Below, piece after piece: positions 46,535-58,659 of a stretch of 64,000 nt of DNA (its first letter is position 1; each line of letters begins with the position of its first letter). Both the position numbers and the translations under genes were made by a program. Origin of the DNA: Iphione sp. A-MEVVRFRX5 (lineage: Eukaryota); NCBI GenBank assembly GCA_976226885.1, contig OZ320319.1, forward strand, positions 39,990,001 to 40,054,000, written 5' to 3'. Under the pieces are notes generated by a model that saw nothing but the letters and a program-made list of their open reading frames with translations, had not been told where the DNA came from and made no database searches.

Positions 46535-46577
<43 letters not shown>

Positions 46578-46690
46578 TTATTATATACCACCACTACTAC
46601 TACTACTACTACTACTTCTACATATCAGTACACTACTATGCTCCCCTCTAATACTACTACTACCAACACCACCACCACCACCACCACCAG
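46535..46690. repeat. (CA)n, (ACT)n and (CCA)n low-complexity tract inside the Polinton
   Basis: Directly visible. Confidence 0.9.
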
Positions 46691-47151
46691 TTTAAACAAT
46701 TTTAATGCTATCCATACATTCTCGTCAGATTGTCCAACCCAGTAAAGCATCACTGCATTTTCTACAATAACCCTTATTGCACACTCCCATATCAGCTACC
46801 AACACCTACATATGTATAACACATATATATGGTCCAAACCGTCTGTTGCATTAGTGAGTATAATGATTTCAACTGTTTACACAATGTACTCCTGTTGTAT
46901 TAGCATGTTTCATTCTCGATTAGTACAGAGGTATACGTGATCAAGGTTGCTTCAAAATATAGGAGCATTCAACACTAATTTCAACGTTACTATGACATTA
47001 GCATTTATTTCTACTTGGTTAATACAGATGTATACATGATCAGGTTGATCATCAAACTGTAGAAATTCATCATTATGTATACTCAGGTAACTAGTTCAAT
47101 AAACAGTATACTTAATAATATTGTTATCTTCAGTGTGCCTCATCAAGCAAT

Positions 47152-48316
47152 CTACTTCCTTTTCAACACTTCAAAATCCCGTTCAAACGTGATACCCATG
47201 TACTGGCTCACATTCTGTTTGCCATTGTTCATCACCGATTTGCACATTTCACTATCTAGCTCAATATCATCGACCTCGTCAATCTCGTCACACCCGAGGT
47301 ATATCTTCAACATACACCTTGTTCCCTCACTCAGCCTAGTTTCAGAAATTCGGACGTGTGACGCATGAACTGCCTCCCGATCCAGCATGTCGGGCAACTC
47401 CAAACACCCTGGCGAGTGATGCTCCTGTCCATCCACCTGGGCACGGCAACCATTACACCACTGTCTGATCATCTTCTTGTAACCATCGCACAGCATGTAA
47501 GCATATGTTCGCTCACACACTTCACTGGGTGTAATAACTAACTCATCCTCTGTTAAGAACTCTATCAGCTGGTCCTCTCTCTGGTTATTAGTTCCCTGTG
47601 CAATACAGAAGTCGTGATTGATAAACACATTATCATTTGTTGTGACAGAACCGTCCACACATGAAATGAACTGGTAACTAGACCTCTGGTGCTTGATCCG
47701 ACGCTCCTTCCTCCTCTTCTTTGCGCTCGAACAACCGTCAGCGTCTCCACTCTCTCCTACGTCTTTGTCCCCACTTGAAGACTGTTTTATTTTCTCGAAA
47801 ACGTTAGTGCACTCATCCTCCGTTAAGTTGAAACAATCCAGACTGAAAGATAATCCAAACATTAGAACCATATCTCAACAAACAATATACCAGTCATAAA
47901 TCCACATATAATAACACACACTAATAGTATACAGGTACACATAACCACGTCATACGCATACATATTCCATACTTATTCAAACACATTACTTACTTAATTC
48001 GATCACCTGACTTCCCTTCTCGCACGAAGCAAACATACTGACGCCCATTGTATGTATTCGTCTCCAACCTCCATTTCTGATGTTCAATAGCCACCTTGCA
48101 CTCTTCCCCGTCGTGAATCTCCTTCCACATCCTCTTCGCATCTTCAAACAACTTCTTGTATGCCTTCCATCTCCTTGTAATGTGACCTCCCTTTTTTCTC
48201 TCGAGCTTCACATAATCACCAGCCAGTTCAATCGCAACACTATTAGAAACAGCTTCCATTTCACACACAAAACTGACCAGAACCTCACAAATCTGACACG
48301 CGTCCTTCGTCTCCAC
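47152..48316 (-). CDS. Predicted two-exon gene (48316-47994 + 47842-47152; 337 aa): PC4-like ssDNA-binding fold plus Cys/His metal-binding motif
   Basis: AA|gtaagt donor and tctttcag acceptor, both phase 2. The join gives KWRLETNTYNGRQYVCFVREGKSGDRINLDCFNLTEDECTNVFEKI, followed by KKRRK (NLS-like) and CNGC...EHH...CL. Confidence 0.65.
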
Positions 48317-48743
48317 AATATATATCCTCTAGTCCTATGACCTTATACCACACTACCGTTTCCCTGAACAATAAGTCTATATCTGTTCTCTGCTATCTTT
48401 ACTTTGTCTTCCAATAACTTATTTGACGTTATCTTCAAATATTACCAGCTATTCTCTCTCCCATATATTCATTGTTTCGTGTATCCTTTCTATCCTCATG
48501 ATCTACCCTTATCACATTGTCCTGATAACCTCTTTCCTTATCTACCGCTCTTAATCCATGCCATTGTCTGTAAACCACTTCTTCTTCGAAACACACTTAC
48601 CTCTTATATATATCGTTTCCATATTTATTTGATCATTTCTCATCATCCTCTCATTCTATACACATCTAAACCCACACTCACTACACATTCTTCTTGAAAT
48701 ACATCCTCATTCAAGAAACAAGTCGACATTTGCTTCTCACTAC

Positions 48744-48811
48744 CACGTGACACCTCCAAGTCACGTGGTGTTCCTGAAACTAGCTCCAACCCTGTCCCCC
48801 ACATCACTACT
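48744..48811 (-). repeat. Right terminal inverted repeat
   Basis: cacgtgacacctccaagtcacgtggtgttcctgaaactagctccaaccctgtcccccacatcactact, the reverse complement of the left end. Confidence 0.95.
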
Positions 48812-48817
48812 GACGAT
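48812..48817 (+). repeat. Target-site duplication GACGAT (right copy)
   Basis: Identical to 28082-28087. Confidence 0.93.
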
Positions 48818-51800
48818 TGGCCATCGGCGCTTCTCTGTGGAGAGGGCCTCAATGGAGTCGATGTGACAAACGCATCGTTCCTCTTTTGTAGGCGCTGGGA
48901 TCGACACTGGCTGCGTCCTCAAAACCTCTTTGTCATGGTTTCGGACGCAGGGTAAGTGTACATTCAAACCGGGCGAAGTTGCTATCTGCTATCTATAGTA
49001 GCAGTCAGCGTTGTTCCTTAAGAAAGCCATGTGCACATTTTCACCGAAAAAGGGGCCCTCTCGGATGGCCTCCTGCGTATTACACAGTTTTGACATATTT
49101 TTGTTTCCCACTTGCAAGAGGAGGGAGACCTTTGGAAATGCCAACCATTAAACCCTCTTGTCGGCCGATGTCCTTCTACACACTGTATCGATATGTTGGT
49201 TCTCATATGAGCTCTTGACACTGGATAATTTTTGTATCATTTTTAGTGAGTTACAGATCAAATTGGTGTGTTTAATGGACCTTTCCAATTTATCCAAAAA
49301 AATCTCTTTAAAAATGCGCTTTTAACTTAGATTTTGTTACACATCTGCAAATAATTAAGGCTTGTGTTAGAAGCAACTTGAGTAAGAATAGGAGCCCTCT
49401 CACAGCACTGATGGCTTTTTTAAAAGTAGATTTTGAATTGAATTGAATTGATCTTTTATTCAAGAATCTCCAGTTTACAGAGCTCTCCGTCTTGAATCAG
49501 ATACCTCAAAATTGTAGATTGACATACAATACATCTGTGTCTTAAGCCAGGGATATCACAGCATCCATGGTAGATATAGTATCTCCTGCACCTTCAATGA
49601 TGCAACATCTATCGGTAACACCGTCATTTATGTTTAACATTATAATAGATCACAACATCATGAATATATATGATACAACCTCCACCATTGAGAACAGTAC
49701 ATTATCAACTTCTGTAAACATTAAAGATATATCATAGCATGAAGATAAATAAAGTATCCCCTCCACCACAATTGGTGCAAATCAATCTTCGCCACAGTTG
49801 TCCATATCAGCTTTGTAAGATATCACAGCATCATAGCAATAGGAACAAGTGCAGTACTACCGCCATCATAGACGGTGAAAATGTTAATATGATTGTCTTA
49901 GGGTAATTACAGTTCGGTTTTGATGAAAAATGTGGGGATGCAGGTGAGTCAACATTGTCTTTAGCTTCATGGCAGTAGTCCCATCGTTTGAAGCAAATTG
50001 CCATCTGAACCCCACCACTGAGGTCATGTTTGTGGTTGTCCCGAATGTGCGCAGGGTCGTGATGGGATTTACCTTCAGCTGACAAAAAGGGAAAAGTAGT
50101 TTTTCTCTGATTATGGTTGATACGAGAGAATTCTTCTTAAGTGAATGGAAATGGTTGGTGACAAAATATCCTTCTGAGAATAATGAATACATGCTTAATT
50201 CACGAACAGAGCTGGATAAATACATCTTAGTTACAGATAATTGATTCTGATGGTTATGACCATATGTATTATACGCCGTAACTGGGAATCATAGTATTTT
50301 GTAAATACCGTTGGTATCACAAGTAAAACGGTTCTGGAATGTAAGAATACATGTACAGAGAATTGTTTCATTTCAAGACTGACATGCATTGCTTATACAT
50401 GTACTCTCAGGGTGATTGTTCCTGGTGGACAGTGGGTGACACACCAACACCCATTTCAAAGATTCATTGTGTGTGTGTTAGTATTCAGTGTCAGTTTTTG
50501 CTGCTTCGATCAAGCAGCGTCAGTACATATACGTAATATTGTTGGCCCCATATATGATTCCCTGTGTCATCTCTCTGTGTGCCTTGGCATATACTCACAT
50601 CTTGCGCGCTATTCACATGTACTGTTATGAAAAAATATGCTTGTGAATCGGAAAGAGTAACTGCCCCCATCGATTGCGTATGTTAAATGCTTGCACATGT
50701 TCACCAGATGTCCTCTACTATAGAAGCCTATGGAATAACGGGTCTGTACGCATAGCAAACCCGTCCTGGATGGGTTTTGAAAATACACTTATGGATCCGT
50801 TTACGTATAGGATAGCTACACTAGGGACACGTCAGAATGGTCTAGTTGGTTTCATTGGAACGGCTAAAAAGTTACGCTGTCATGGCAAAATATAGACACA
50901 TGTAAAGCGCCCCTAATTCCATGCCCGTCTCAACACCCATGCCTTATCTGTGGTACATGCACTTGTATTCTGTAGGTTCTTAATTCTCAATCGGCCTCAT
51001 GCTCGTTCCTGTCCCGTCGTTTCCATTGGTTGCTCAATTGTACGTACATATACGCAGTTTACTGTTGCGCTGTACTCCCCCTCTCCCATGGTACGTTTAA
51101 TCCCCATAGCTAACCTCCTTCCTTCTCCTCTCCTTTTAAAAAAAAATCTTTATTTAGGTGGCATGCACATGTATCTGTACAAAAAAAAATCCATCTATGC
51201 GTCCGTATCCGTAGCTACCTCCTGCTGATACGTAAATCAATTGCCCACATAAGGATACCAGATATGCAGTCACCATTGCTTTCGATTGAAAACTGATCCG
51301 TATCCATAGAAAAACCATAGCCAACAGATTAGTATAATTGCTATGGTTGGATTAAAAACGTCTACTGAGCCGTATCTGTTTTCAGAAAATACAGATGCAT
51401 GTGAACCCCACCTTACTCTGGACTCTGCTCTGTCGGCCTTTGCTTTTAACAGTCGGTGATAAGGGCAAGTTATCATGATGACAACTCTATTTATTCGTCC
51501 TTTTGTTACAGTGTTTGCGGGAATAGTCCAGGGCAAACCTCCAGTGAAACAAAACGTCCCGTTGAATATCTGGCTGTCCCTTTTCGCATGCCTTCAGGAT
51601 TTTAATAAGTATTTTGTCTGTCTGTCTGTCTGTCTACCTCCTATTTCTTTTGTGTGTCTTTATGTCTGTTTCTGTCTCTCCGTTGTTTCTCGTGTCTGTC
51701 GTCTCTATCGCTATTTCTCCCTCTCTCTATCTCCGTCTCTCGNNNNNNNNNNNNNNNNNNNNNNNNNNNNNNNNNNNNNNNNNNNNNNNNNNNNNNNNNN

Positions 51801-52355
51801 NNNNNNNNNNNNNNNNNNNNNNNNNNNNNNNNNNNNNNNNNNNNNNNNNNNNNNNNNNNNNNNNNNNNNNNNNNNNNNNNNNNNNNNNNNNNNNNNNNNN
51901 NNNNNNTGCCAGATCTTTCAAGGTGCGCGATCATTTTTCGCTTCTTTTCCCCATATTTCCTCATGTGCGGGACAACCGCATTTTTTACCCCCATCTTCGG
52001 CTTCAGTGACCATTCTATCTGCTCCTTCAATGATCCAACCAGTCCAACCACAACTCCAACCTCTTAGCATCCTACTACTGCCGCTACCTTTCACTTCTGT
52101 TCCCTGTCATCTCTTTCGAGCTGCCCTCTTCTCATCCGCATTGCCTTTTCTGGTCAGGCCAGTCTGATGAAGGCTCCCTGACAGGTGGTACTTTGATGCC
52201 ACATGGGTACCCTTTGACCTTCAGACCAGTTCTTGCACAGTGTAAGTGGGTTAACGTGGATTACTGCCACCCTACCGCTACTACCTGGTCGCCACATGTC
52301 CTTGGGCAATCCACAAACACATGCGTTTTAAGCCTGGGGGTGAACGAAAAGAAAT

Positions 52356-52366
52356 GAGAGAGAGAG

Positions 52367-52419
<53 letters not shown>

Positions 52420-52432
52420 CGAGAGAGAGCGA
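52356..52432. repeat. (GA)n microsatellite
   Basis: Directly visible. Confidence 0.95.
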
Positions 52433-55400
52433 GAATGGAGAAGCAAGAGGGAGGGGTCCTGCAGAATGAAATTTAGAAGAAAGTGAGGAAGAGAAAAAAG
52501 AAAAGGCGAGAGGGTGATATGAGAAAAAGAGGGTGGAGGTCTATGTCATGGACAGTAACTGTTGTCGTCATATAGCTTTTTAAATACGTGTATTTGTCCA
52601 GAGCAACATATGTGTAACTTTCAATGATGGCTATTACTCTTTGCATTATCAGCATAACGTTCCGTTTAGTATATACATGTAATCTGGCCGGCTGTTTTAC
52701 ACTGTAACGCATTCATACTTTTACGTTTTCTTGGTATTCCACCCCAAACTAAATACAGGTACGTACATAACTATTAGCAATGGGCGCGAGTTTTGGGATT
52801 GGCACATCCTTTGCCCGAGCCACTCACTTGCAAAGAATTGCCACTGGCTGCTCACCAATCACCCGGGATGGGGGCGTGCGGTCTCTGGGAGGCGTTTATG
52901 TTCAGGGTGGTAAGGCGGTCTTCAGTGGAGAACGTGATCACTCCCAGCTGATTCGCCCACTAGGTCACCCTCTACTTGACAGGGTTAAGAGCCGCGTGCA
53001 AGGACCCGAAATGACGTACGTTAAGCTTGACCTAACCTGCCTCTCTTGGACCCGTAATTAAATGCACCCCAGGCTGTCATCGTCTGTCTTCTTCACATAT
53101 TCGAATGCATATAGGGTACGACTGGGGACCCCGATCTCTTCACGTAATGTATACGACCCCCTTTTGTGCATGACGAACCCAAGCATGGCCGTATATTCGG
53201 GTCATACGCGCCCAGGGAAAAGGTCAACGCCGTTCCTACTACACGATACGCCATAGGTCACTGTATTCAAATAGAGAGATGAAAAGGGAGTTCGTGACTG
53301 TGGGTGTTGAAATAGACATGGAGTGATGTAACATGCAATCTTGGTAGCAGGATTTGAATGTGAGTATTCCCTTGATCCCGCTATAAGGAGGAAAGTATCT
53401 TTTAAAACTTACATAATAAACACTAGAGATGACACCATTTCTAACAGTTATCTAGTTCCATTTGTTTGATGTGTCGAAATGCATTGAGATGTTCAGNNNN
53501 NNNNNNNNNNNNNNNNNNNNNNNNNNNNNNNNNNNNNNNNNNNNNNNNNNNNNNNNNNNNNNNNNNNNNNNNNNNNNNNNNNNNNNNNNNNNNNNNNNNN
53601 NNNNNNNNNNNNNNNNNNNNNNNNNNNNNNNNNNNNNNNNNNNNNNNNNNNNNNNNNNNNNNNNNNNNNNNNNNNNNNNNNNNNNNNNNNNNNNNNNNNN
53701 NNNNNNNNNNNNNNNNNGTCATTTGTATTATTGAGAGTAGAGGAGAATGTCATGTCTCCGGTTTGTTCTGCCCCAGTGAAGACCATGTCGCCCCGGGAGC
53801 CGCCTGCTCTGGCATGTACAGGGTAGAGATTAGCTGTATGCCGCATGGCTGGCCTGATGCTGAAAGCCTCATCTGCTGCACGCCCTTTCAAAGCAGCTAG
53901 CCATACCACCAGACCCGCTCTGAACCCAGCTAGCGCATCTGACAGCCGGATGGCTTACTTGACGCCAAGCTGGGAGGCATTGTGGCTACTCATCGTACCA
54001 AAGCGGCCGAGTCCTACATGACCCCTGGCAAACATGCCAGCAGTAGATGCATATGGAAAAAAACGAAAGAAAAAAATGAGGTGAAGCGGCTAGAAATTGT
54101 TTTGGTTTGACTGTCATTTAATGATGGCTCATAGAGCACGCCTGCTAACGGCTTCTTTCTGTGGTAAAAGATGATAATTACTTAGTAGAAAAAAATGGAC
54201 GGGAAAGGGTACTGGTGGATGTCTGGGATAAGCCCCTGTATATCCCCCACCAGGCCGAACCGTTTTTATCCACTCCCTTTAATGCGGCGCTTTTCCCCTC
54301 CTCCAGTCATGCGACCATTGACTTGTGGCCTGCCATTTGTTTTAACGCTTGCTTATTGATGCGAACAATTTGATTCCTTAGACCCATTGAATCTACTCCC
54401 TCCTGGTCCAGAGCAAGCATATCGTGATCAAAGGCGACGCTCGCTACAAAAGGCAGCGGAGATTAGACCGTACGCAGCAGGGGGCCCGGATAAGGACGGC
54501 ACATAGAGAGCCACTCCCAGAAACGATCGGGGAATATCTCGGCGCGTTTGTAGTTTGCACTTGGAATATTCATGCAAAGTTCCCGTCCTTCGATTTGTCT
54601 CGGTAGATTAAATTTGTTTGGTCCTAATTTTACACATTCTGCACCCCCGTTTTTTTCTTTGTTTGCAATACACGTTGCGGTATAAAGCCAACGATTTGGT
54701 ATCCTTTCGTCTTAAAGACCACCTTCACAATTCTTCACGTGTTCAACTAAGTGGAGCACATTCTTGGTTTCTCTGCCTGTAGTCCAGCGCATTTCTTGGT
54801 AATTAGAAAGAATTGTTTAGGCAAATGTTCACCTAATTGTTCTCGTCACAACCTGCCTGCGTGCCTAATATCCGATGTTATTCGATGCCCTCCATTCCGA
54901 TTCTGTGTAATTAAGTTCTGAAGAGGCATTCTCCCCCTCCCGCTGTGTTGTTGTCACAAGTTAAAACCGCAGACGACATTCAACCATGACGGTGAGTCAG
55001 CGTTCCGCACGTGCACCACCATGTTTGATTCCAAGAGGAAGCCACTACTGTGGCTTTTGACGCATTGAAGGTCTGTAGCGTAAAATCTGTCAGGCTACCC
55101 CTGAAGGAACACGCGCAGTACATCCGGGCACGTTAGATAGGGGGATGTGGTAAATGACGTCACGCACGTTCCCGACGGCCGTGGCTACATGCCCACAAAC
55201 ATTTGTCAAAACGCTTGTCAAACGCGCCCTTTTTTATTGTCTCCCTGGTGTGAGTTGCGACATCAGCCGCTATCCATGCAAGGTGAAAATGCCGCAAAAA
55301 CTGATACTGACAATTAACCAGTAAAAAGTCGATGGCTTTACAGCAGGTGTCTGGACGCTGATGTCTGGATTAACGTATATCACTCAAAGAAAAGACCAGA

Positions 55401-57146
55401 AATGGAATCATCATAGACCAGAGAATCGTTTGAAAAAAAAATCCCAATCATACTCATTCAAGCATTTTTAGAAGGACAATTAAGTAGGATTATACGAAAG
55501 GACACCACCTTGGTTCAATATAAGCAGTTAATATATAAAAGTATATGTATGTATTAGAATGGTAATGCATGTACAGTCAGCACCCGCTTAAATACCAACT
55601 CGAAGTGGAGACTAACCTTTTTTTTTAAATCTTTATTTCCTCTGGAACAGTATACGTTAACGTATGTACATCCAGTGTCTGTCATTCAATCCTCATATAA
55701 TGTATGAGATGAAATGTAGTGATGAACAATTCTAAAAAGAAAAAATGTTTTGATAGGCGTATACCATACATATAATCATGTACTTTGAGTCTCAGAGCCA
55801 CACATCAGTGACGCAGCAACATTGACGTATTCATACTTATCATTACATTCTCCTCTCAATACAAAGCATATATATATATTGTTCTGTTAATACATTGTTA
55901 TGTTGATACATCATGATGCCGGGGTTTTGTCCCAGGCGCCTTATGTTATCAGTAATTAAATACCAGTATCAGTTTTATCAGTACGATGTGTATAGTCCGT
56001 GTTCTGTGGGAGCAGGGGCTTTACCCCATACTCCTATGAATAAACAAACCTGTGGGAGAGACTTAAATCCTCCAGTCCTAAACTGTCTGTTTACATTAGT
56101 TATCAACTTGCAGGGGAGACTAACCCTAAGGAGCGGCCCCTGTAACTTGGTTAACGTGAGAGTCCCATGGTAGGAATTCCTTTCAGAACCTTTAACATTG
56201 TAAGCATGTGCGAGGGAGTCATCACAGCCGAAAAGGCTTATTTTATTTTTAATGCCCGCAGGCCAGTAAATGGCAATATCAACAAAGTTTGAAATTGAAT
56301 CTCGAGTGCCCCGGTTATTAATATGTTTTAGTTGCCATGACGACTGGAGATTGATACAGGCTCATCGATCATTCTAATACTGATGCCCAGTTCCTCGCAC
56401 TGGTCAACACCAGGTGGCGCCAACGTCGATTGTCGAGACAACCATCCGCCCCCCCCCCCCCGCACCATTTGTCTATCCGTCTATTATATCGAACTTAAAG
56501 CGTGGCATAACTCCCTCTCTTTCTGTTCCTATCTCTTTCTCGTGTCTTTATGTTCTTTCTCTCTTGCCCTCTCTCCCATAATATTTATTTCATGATAAAG
56601 TAGTCTTTTTTCACGAACCTTTCGCTGTTTTAGGATTGTATTTGGAGTTAATTAGTCTCTTTTCAATAACACATGTACCGTGGTGTGGTAGTGTATTATT
56701 TGAATCCACACCTTCTTAGGTCGCTCAAATGTTTTGTACATGATATGTAACACTCCCCTTTCCTCCCAGGGACACACAGAATTACAAATAGTCAAGTATT
56801 TCTAAGATGGCTGAAGTTAAGTGTGCTTGCAGATGAAGACATATCACAGCCATACCCCTTTCTAGTCATTCAGTCATAAGAATCAAACAAGGTTTGACTA
56901 CAAGTTTACACTGTCTGAGGAATTAGCATTGGAAGCTTAAAAGTTTGGTCCAAAGTTACTGTGATATATTGACCACTCTTCCATAAAGAAATAGAATTAA
57001 AGATGACAGCCATACTTTCAATATACATGTACATGTAGACATTTATCAAAATACGGAGACGAGACTATATCTTTCCTGTAAATGTGCAGCCAGATTCTTA
57101 GCAGCCAATCTTGTGTCCATCAGTATAAGTCACTTGTGTGTCTCTA

Positions 57147-57159
57147 GTTGCCTAGCAAC
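57147..57159. promoter_or_regulatory. RFX X-box-like palindrome (GTTGCCTAGCAAC) flanked by CCAAT/ATTGG
   Basis: Consensus X-box match in the host intron; motif match only. Confidence 0.3.
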
Positions 57160-58587
57160 CGGCGTTAGCAATCAGTGAATCAGAACTCCTCTGTCATTGG
57201 TTGAAATGGCGTTCTTATACAAAAATGACAGATTTGATCCTGGTTTCGGAATCCATCTCATTAGGCACTATTATTGGTGGGGTATATGCTCTATAGAATA
57301 GACATGTAGAATATACATACGCAAAGTTCTATGTAGTGGGAATACAATATTGCTGCTTCCATACGGAAGAGTTTTCTGTATGATTAGGCTTCTCTTGCCG
57401 CGTCTATTGCCTGCTCTCGTGTTGTATTTTGCATTAGCCGAAGGTGTCTGGTGAGACAGTCGTGCTAGAGGCCGTTATGGAGGTGCTCTAACAATTGCGA
57501 TCTGCTGCGAAGTCCCTCCACTCGGTCATGTCCTGGTTTGTTGGAAGTTGCAATTGGCTTCATCAGTCAATGGAGCTGTTTTAGTCGTGCGTGGAATTGG
57601 AAAGTTCACTCTTCACGCGTCTCTGTCCCTCTTTCATAAACTTGATAAAAATAAAAATCCATCATGTTATCTAAATCATTATTCCTTGTTCATATTTCAT
57701 TGTTTCCGGATTCCAGTCCCCTGCCCCCCAGGCTCTCCTCTTCATTCCCTCAGTGCCTCTGCTTGCCTTTAGTCATTTCTTGTAGCTGTTATTTTGTCTC
57801 GCCGTCTTTCATTTCTGATCACACCATCGCCGCGTTCACCTTAATAATAGTAATAACAACCCTCTTCTCTGTCTCTTCTTCTCGCCGTATTTCTGGTCCC
57901 CCCCCCCACCCGCCCCTTAACTTGAAGCCACGCTCCGCGGCGCAGTCACTACCGGCATCTGCTACAACTCGCTCTGTTAATTAGCACACTTTGTAATTAT
58001 CCCGGTGAGGAGTGTTCCACGCGCTGATGAGGTGGCTTTTGTTGGGATGGAGCCACTCAGGAGCGGTGACGACCGGCAGAGAATCTCACGCCCACCGAGT
58101 CCGGAGAGTGATGGAGCTTAGGGGAGATCACCGCCAGTCCCCCCCCCCCACCGACCATAATTAAACATTTACATTGGGCGCATCATTTCTTGAAGAGGTC
58201 GCGCTTAGAAAGACTCTTCTTTCTCTAAAAGTGTATAGATTTCCAAATTGTACACAAGTTTCTGAAAATATTCACAACTGAAGTATCGTTCAGTGTTTAC
58301 TTGTAGTTTTTTTTGTTTTTTTTGGGGGGGGGAGGGGCTGGGACTGAGTGTGTGTGTGTGGGGGGGAGTAGGCGGGGTGGTCAGGGTCACAAAGCCTTAA
58401 TGATTATGAAAGTTGCATTGCCCGGGTACCATTGACTCGGTTTCGTGTTCATAAGCCATTTGCTAGTCGTTCCCATCGGGAAACTCGTAACTGTCAATGC
58501 CAAGAATTGCTTGCTTAAATGCATTCGCACAATGTGATTCCGTAAGTGGTCGTTTCAGAAGACATCTTGGTTTTTTTTTCTTTTCAG

Positions 58588-58659
58588 AGACCTGTCTGGA
58601 AATAAGTTGACTAGTATTAACAAGACCATCCTCGAAGGCATGCCCAAACTGGAAAAGTT
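58588..58659 (+). CDS. ADGRA3: Host LRR receptor exon (72 bp, one LRR), ADGRA2/3-like
   Basis: ttttcag acceptor and gtgagt donor; encodes DLSGNKLTSINKTILEGMPKLEK(L); phase 2 at both ends. Confidence 0.82.

Larger units (their letters stand above)
28088..48811. mobile_element. Complete Polinton/Maverick (endogenous polintovirus), ~20.7 kb including one N-gap
   Basis: Termini 5'-AGTAGT...ACTACT-3', terminal inverted repeats, and identical GACGAT at 28082-28087 and 48812-48817. Contains pPolB, ATPase, integrase, both capsid proteins and the protease. Confidence 0.97.

Noticed and set aside
27956-48967. Removing the Polinton restores a 93-codon open frame on the - strand across the empty site
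   Set aside because: No ATG (TTG start), no recognisable domain, and the length is compatible with chance.
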